From: an uncultured Candidatus Saccharibacteria bacterium
Lineage (GTDB): Bacteria > Patescibacteriota > Doudnabacteria > UBA920
Length of the DNA stretch: 64,000 nt
Reading direction: 5' to 3'
Assembly: GCA_964416765.1 (NCBI GenBank)
Contig: CAYQEU010000001.1
Coordinates: 407,253-471,252 of the forward strand
Shown here: one piece after another, positions 60,190-64,000 of the stretch
Layout: each line of letters starts with the position of its first letter
Numbering within the stretch: position 1 is the stretch's first letter
Notes under the pieces: generated by a model
What the model was told of the DNA's origin: nothing
What the model saw: only the letters and a program-made list of their open reading frames with translations
Databases searched by the model: none
Made by a program: the position numbers and the translations under genes

Positions 60190-61406
60190 TGTGTTTTATA
60201 CTCGTTATAAACACGGGACATTCTAACCACATAGTCTCGGGTTTGCTCCAAAGAGTTAGCTCCTACAATGCAAGCAGTTTGGGCGGCATCCTTGAACGGA
60301 CACAGCGCCACTATCATGCCCGGACATATGCTACTGGGTCCTATCCTCCCCTCTCCGGCATTGTAGCCAGCCGCAATTTTTACGTAATCAACTCCGCCCG
60401 CTTTTTGCGCGATGTACTTCATGTATTTGGCGGCGCAGGGAATTTCCGCGATCCCGTTGGTTTGCCACCCATTGTTAGTGCAGCCAAACCGCGCGGCGGT
60501 GTCATTGCTCATTTGCATTAGCCCCTTACAGCATCCAGTCCAGCTGACTAGGGTTTGGTTTAAGTTGCTCTCAATTGTAGCTATGGTCTTAATAAAATTT
60601 GGGTCAATTCCATTAGCTTGCCCGGCCGCTTTGAACGCGGCATCAAAAGTCTTGTTACTGCATAGGGTTTTAAGCTTTGGACTGTCCTTTCCCAAACTGC
60701 AAACTTTCCCGCTTTTCCCCGTCATTGTTCCGCCCTGAGGTGGAATTCCTGTACCGTCGCCATTACTGACCCCGGGGGTGCCATCGGCAAGGGCGCAATC
60801 GTCCCCCTGGCCCAGATGCACGTCGCTACAGCTGGGAAGGTCACTATACTTCCCCAACAGCTGCGGTGGCTGGATGCTCCTGAAGGCCACTAAGGTAGGG
60901 TTGATTTGTCTGAGTAAGACGTAGGAAGACAGCATGATCAGGAAACCTGCCAATACAGAGACCAGTATCTCCTTGGCCTGTTCTTTGCCATGCTCTCCTC
61001 CCACCATGTACATATACCCTGCCAGGACCACAAAGAAGACGGAAGCTACCGCTCCAAAAGCTAGGGCAAAGCGGTAACCCTTGTTGACACAGGTAGCCAG
61101 GTCCCCTGCTGATTGGTTGTCGGTTACCTGGGCGTTCTCCTGGAAAGTACCAGTGTTGGTGACGGTGGCGTTGGAAGGGGTGGGGGCACAAAGCAGGGCC
61201 CTGATGGAGCTTTCTACTCCCCTGCCTACATAGGTGGCTCCCGGTGGCTTTGTGGGCGCGTTGTTGGCTGGGGCGTTGTTGGTGGGGGGATCAGCTAAGG
61301 CAGGGGTAGTGAAGGCGAGGAATTGGAGAGGGATTAGCACCAAAATATAAACCAAAAACACTACTTTGCCGTATCGCGTTTTGTTTCTGGATCGAAAAAT
61401 ATTCAT
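60177..61406 (-). CDS. Paralog B: pilin-like module fused to a family-1 lytic transglycosylase (SLT) domain
   Basis: The C-terminus carries the SLT triad ES (TIATIESNLN), GLMQ (CKGLMQMS) and AYNAG (AAGYNAGEG). Shared N-terminal module. Confidence 0.7.
   Translation of the reverse strand: MNIFRSRNKTRYGKVVFLVYILVLIPLQFLAFTTPALADPPTNNAPANNAPTKPPGATYVGRGVESSIRALLCAPTPSNATVTNTGTFQENAQVTDNQSAGDLATCVNKGYRFALAFGAVASVFFVVLAGYMYMVGGEHGKEQAKEILVSVLAGFLIMLSSYVLLRQINPTLVAFRSIQPPQLLGKYSDLPSCSDVHLGQGDDCALADGTPGVSNGDGTGIPPQGGTMTGKSGKVCSLGKDSPKLKTLCSNKTFDAAFKAAGQANGIDPNFIKTIATIESNLNQTLVSWTGCCKGLMQMSNDTAARFGCTNNGWQTNGIAEIPCAAKYMKYIAQKAGGVDYVKIAAGYNAGEGRIGPSSICPGMIVALCPFKDAAQTACIVGANSLEQTRDYVVRMSRVYNEYKTQCGI
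60861..61326. repeat. Repeat copy B (466 bp)
   Basis: Identical by eye to 62121-62586. Confidence 0.85.
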
Positions 61407-61421
61407 ACAGTTATTGTAACA

Positions 61422-62645
61422 CTAACAACCCGAAGTTTTATATGATGTCCACACTGCCTTGGCCCACACGCCATAACCATCCCCTCCCGGGTGGATCCCA
61501 TTATATTTTTGTGGGAAGATATTTAAATTCTTGGAATAAGTATCGTAATAGCAACCGCTTTGCCCGCTCTTTATACCGGCTATTACAGTTTGGACAGTAG
61601 TGTTATTTACGTTCGGGGTATCAGTACGCGATCCTCCCTCAGATGTAGTAGAAGTAAATTTCGGAGGGCCAATCCAAATTATTTTACCCACACCTTTGCT
61701 CTGGAGTACTTGAATTAACTTCGCGGTATCAGTTTTTACCTGTTGTTGATTGTGTTGGCCATTTGCGTCATTCGTCCCCAACGAAATCACTACAATACTT
61801 GGTTTATTGCTAGCATAATAATCCAAAGATTGCGCGGCAAAAGAATTCGCCCATTGTGTAATGGTAGTACCTCCTCTGTTATCAGGATCCTCACCCATCC
61901 CCCTATTAACCAGAACGCCACCATCCGCCGCGATAAGAGTTTTAAATTGTGGCTTGAGGCCCACAGAAAGCGAATCTCCAATAATTAGAAACTTTATCCC
62001 CTGGGTTTGTCCTGGCCCCCCATTACTGCCCCCTCCTGTAGTGGTGTTCCCTTGTGCATCAACACAGTTCTCCCCGAGTCCCGCATCAGCACAGCTTGGG
62101 AGGCTGTATTTGCCGACTAGCTGCGGTGGCTGGATGCTCCTGAAGGCCACTAAGGTAGGGTTGATTTGTCTGAGTAAGACGTAGGAAGACAGCATGATCA
62201 GGAAACCTGCCAATACAGAGACCAGTATCTCCTTGGCCTGTTCTTTGCCATGCTCTCCTCCCACCATGTACATATACCCTGCCAGGACCACAAAGAAGAC
62301 GGAAGCTACCGCTCCAAAAGCTAGGGCAAAGCGGTAACCCTTGTTGACACAGGTAGCCAGGTCCCCTGCTGATTGGTTGTCGGTTACCTGGGCGTTCTCC
62401 TGGAAAGTACCAGTGTTGGTGACGGTGGCGTTGGAAGGGGTGGGGGCACAAAGCAGGGCCCTGATGGAGCTTTCTACTCCCCTGCCTACATAGGTGGCTC
62501 CCGGTGGCTTTGTGGGCGCGTTGTTGGCTGGGGCGTTGTTGGTGGGGGGATCAGCTAAGGCAGGGGTAGTGAAGGCGAGGAATTGCAGCGCTAAAACAGC
62601 GGCTGTAAACCCGATCCTAAAGTATTTTGGTTTTTGTTTCCACAT
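61422..62645 (-). CDS. Paralog C: pilin-like module fused to a GDSL/SGNH hydrolase domain
   Basis: SGNH blocks: GDS (LIIGDSLSVG), GxND (VVISLGTNDANG), DxxH region (NGIHPGGDG). Shared N-terminal module. Confidence 0.7.
   Translation of the reverse strand: MWKQKPKYFRIGFTAAVLALQFLAFTTPALADPPTNNAPANNAPTKPPGATYVGRGVESSIRALLCAPTPSNATVTNTGTFQENAQVTDNQSAGDLATCVNKGYRFALAFGAVASVFFVVLAGYMYMVGGEHGKEQAKEILVSVLAGFLIMLSSYVLLRQINPTLVAFRSIQPPQLVGKYSLPSCADAGLGENCVDAQGNTTTGGGSNGGPGQTQGIKFLIIGDSLSVGLKPQFKTLIAADGGVLVNRGMGEDPDNRGGTTITQWANSFAAQSLDYYASNKPSIVVISLGTNDANGQHNQQQVKTDTAKLIQVLQSKGVGKIIWIGPPKFTSTTSEGGSRTDTPNVNNTTVQTVIAGIKSGQSGCYYDTYSKNLNIFPQKYNGIHPGGDGYGVWAKAVWTSYKTSGC
62121..62586. repeat. Repeat copy C (466 bp)
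   Basis: Identical by eye to 60861-61326, 1260 bp apart. Confidence 0.85.
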
Positions 62646-63920
62646 TTATTTTCCGAGGAAATCTAAAGGATTGTAGGTGTAACCGCTGGGGACGGAATAT
62701 GAACCGTAAGTGCTTTGGTAAGCGCCCGGGGTAATAGTAAACCCGTTCGCGTCAAACACGGTGAAGTGCAAATGGAACCCATGGTCAGGACCATACAATA
62801 AGGCGGAAGTATTTCCCGTGTTTCCTTCGTAGCCAACAATGTCACCGCGTTTTACGGTTTGCCCGCTGCTGAGGATAAACTTTTTCATGTGACCGTACAA
62901 AGTGACAATATTGCGGTTGCCGCTTTTAGTCGAAATAGTATGTTTGATAGCGCACCAATTGCCGTACGCGGCGGCGCCAGTAGCGCATTTCACAACAACA
63001 CCATCAGCGGCGGCATAAATAGTAGTCCCTGCGGGACCGGCAAGATCTATTCCGTTATGGAAAGAATAGCCTAAAGAAGTAAAACCGGTGTTGCCGTAAC
63101 CCTGTGTCATGACACCGTTTAATGGCCACGCCAGTACTCCTTTGCTTGCCGCAATGGAATGGTTGCCGCTATTCCGGGCTTTATTATCAAGATTGTAAAT
63201 TTCCTGCTGGATATCAGCCTGTTCACTGCGGGTGCTGTTCAAAACTTGCTGATATTTGCTTTCCTGGCCCTGGGTCTGCTGTAATAACGACTCTTTGGCC
63301 AGACGTTGGTCGTTCAACGCATCCTGGTTTTGACTTAGCTCATCCTTAAGTTCAGAAAGGCGTTGCAACTGCGCTTTGAGGTCGGATTGCTGTTGCTCCA
63401 GTTTTTTCTTAACTTCTTTGATGCGGTTTACCAAATCAAGAACCTGCTTGTTTACGCTCTGAGTGTATTCAACCTGGTCCAAAAACGCGGAAAAATTATC
63501 GCTGCCCATGGTTAGGGTCAGGAAAGAATTGTTATCCAATTCGTTCAGCTGGACTACAAGTTCGGCCAGAATTTTCCGGTTGTCCGCGATTTCCGCTTCG
63601 CGGCGGTCAATTTCCGTTTGCAAATCCTGGATTTGCAGGGTGGTATCGTCGATGCGGGTATTATTAGCCTGGATTTCGAGCTCGGTTGACTGGATCTGGG
63701 AATCATAAATGCCGATCTCATTTTGAAGTGAGGCGCTCTGTCCCCTTAACCGGCCGATATTCTGGTTAAGGCCATTAATCTGATCATTCAGGTTTTTTAG
63801 CTTGTTCTGCAGGTCGGTGCGGGTGTCTGCTCCGGCAGGTGAAATAAATAAAAGGCTCAACCCTAATCCCAGGATTGCCGCCAATATTTTTGTTTTTGTT
63901 TCAGCAAACTTCGATTTCAT
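62646..63920 (-). CDS. Coiled-coil M23 family metallopeptidase (EnvC/NlpD-like peptidoglycan DD-endopeptidase)
   Basis: Signal peptide, ~230-aa coiled coil, M23 motifs HxxxD (FHNGIDLAG) and HxH (GFHLHFTVF). Confidence 0.85.
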   Translation of the reverse strand: MKSKFAETKTKILAAILGLGLSLLFISPAGADTRTDLQNKLKNLNDQINGLNQNIGRLRGQSASLQNEIGIYDSQIQSTELEIQANNTRIDDTTLQIQDLQTEIDRREAEIADNRKILAELVVQLNELDNNSFLTLTMGSDNFSAFLDQVEYTQSVNKQVLDLVNRIKEVKKKLEQQQSDLKAQLQRLSELKDELSQNQDALNDQRLAKESLLQQTQGQESKYQQVLNSTRSEQADIQQEIYNLDNKARNSGNHSIAASKGVLAWPLNGVMTQGYGNTGFTSLGYSFHNGIDLAGPAGTTIYAAADGVVVKCATGAAAYGNWCAIKHTISTKSGNRNIVTLYGHMKKFILSSGQTVKRGDIVGYEGNTGNTSALLYGPDHGFHLHFTVFDANGFTITPGAYQSTYGSYSVPSGYTYNPLDFLGK

Positions 63921-63924
63921 GCTT

Positions 63925-63955
63925 AGTTATTATAGCACAAAATCCGAATTTATGC
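63925..63955 (-). promoter_or_regulatory. Extended -10 promoter (TGcTATAAT on minus strand) for the M23/hydrolase locus
   Basis: The minus-strand reading ...ttgtgctataataactaagcATG places TGnTATAAT ~8 nt before the start, suggesting a short or leaderless mRNA. Confidence 0.35.
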
Positions 63956-64000
63956 CAATTTTTAGGTGAATTTAGTTAGAGCGATGCTGCTGCTGAATTT

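Noticed and set aside
59008-62558. Three copies of an identical ORF (MCPHPFQRHRHQHWYFPGERPGNRQ..., 115-139 aa, minus strand) and two copies of MVVGYLGVLLESTSVGDGG... (plus strand) looked like a multi-copy IS or small gene family
   Set aside because: They are alternative-frame and antisense readings of the repeated 5' pilin-like module inside the three paralogous hydrolase genes. The long in-frame genes with signal peptides and catalytic motifs explain the DNA.
59097-62586. Regularly spaced repeats (B and C are 1260 bp apart) could suggest a CRISPR-like array
   Set aside because: The repeats are ~460 bp, coding, only three copies, and with no short unique spacers or cas genes. No CRISPR array is present in the window.

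Overview
This is a 64-kb window from a compact bacterial genome. It uses the standard genetic code: TGA, TAA and TAG all serve as stops, and there is no in-frame TGA in the long ORFs. Overall GC is about 47-50% by eye, with several visibly GC-richer and AT-richer patches. Gene content and architecture point to a Candidate Phyla Radiation / Patescibacteria-type organism: overlapping start/stop codons are frequent, SD sequences are often weak, many promoters are of the TGnTATAAT type, the ATP synthase delta subunit is short, RF2 has no frameshift, and several proteins are pilin-module fusions. I cannot confirm this assignment without a database search.

Most of the window is housekeeping. It contains murJ, lepA, a parvulin PPIase and the complete F-type ATP synthase operon (an atpI-like gene plus atpBEFHAGDC). 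It also holds a minimal CCA-type nucleotidyltransferase, a histone-H1-like KAPA-repeat protein, five tRNAs (Gly, Thr, initiator Met, Met/Ile-CAU, Asp) and an rmuC-NYN-PIN-UvrD/nuclease cluster. Further along are pheS, gyrB, secE-nusG-rplK-(SPFH insert)-rplA and a dcd-(dNMP-kinase-like)-tmk-thyA-folA deoxypyrimidine cluster. The remaining core genes are prfB, ftsEX, rplI, pyrG, rpmA, a THUMP methyltransferase, a cysteine desulfurase and cspA.

Two accessory regions stand out. The first is an AT-rich ~3.1-kb island (~54.46-57.63 kb) bounded by an exact 16-bp direct repeat. On the minus strand it carries a TM-domain protein translationally coupled to a 446-aa CD-NTase/SMODS-like nucleotidyltransferase (GS...DLD...LDIVPA motifs) and a Zn-ribbon protein, plus two overlapping small ORFs. 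This is a candidate nucleotide-second-messenger conflict/defence system of non-canonical layout. The second is a minus-strand locus (57.96-63.92 kb) with three paralogous secreted proteins. They share a near-identical ~430-466-bp 5' module (signal peptide + Cys pair + two-TM hairpin, T4SS-pilin/VirB2-like) fused to different cell-wall hydrolase domains (GDSL/SGNH esterase, SLT lytic transglycosylase, an unknown LAS-like domain). A stand-alone pilin-like protein and a coiled-coil M23 peptidase lie alongside.

Other notable items are listed in findings. No CRISPR array, rRNA or transposase/integrase was seen.
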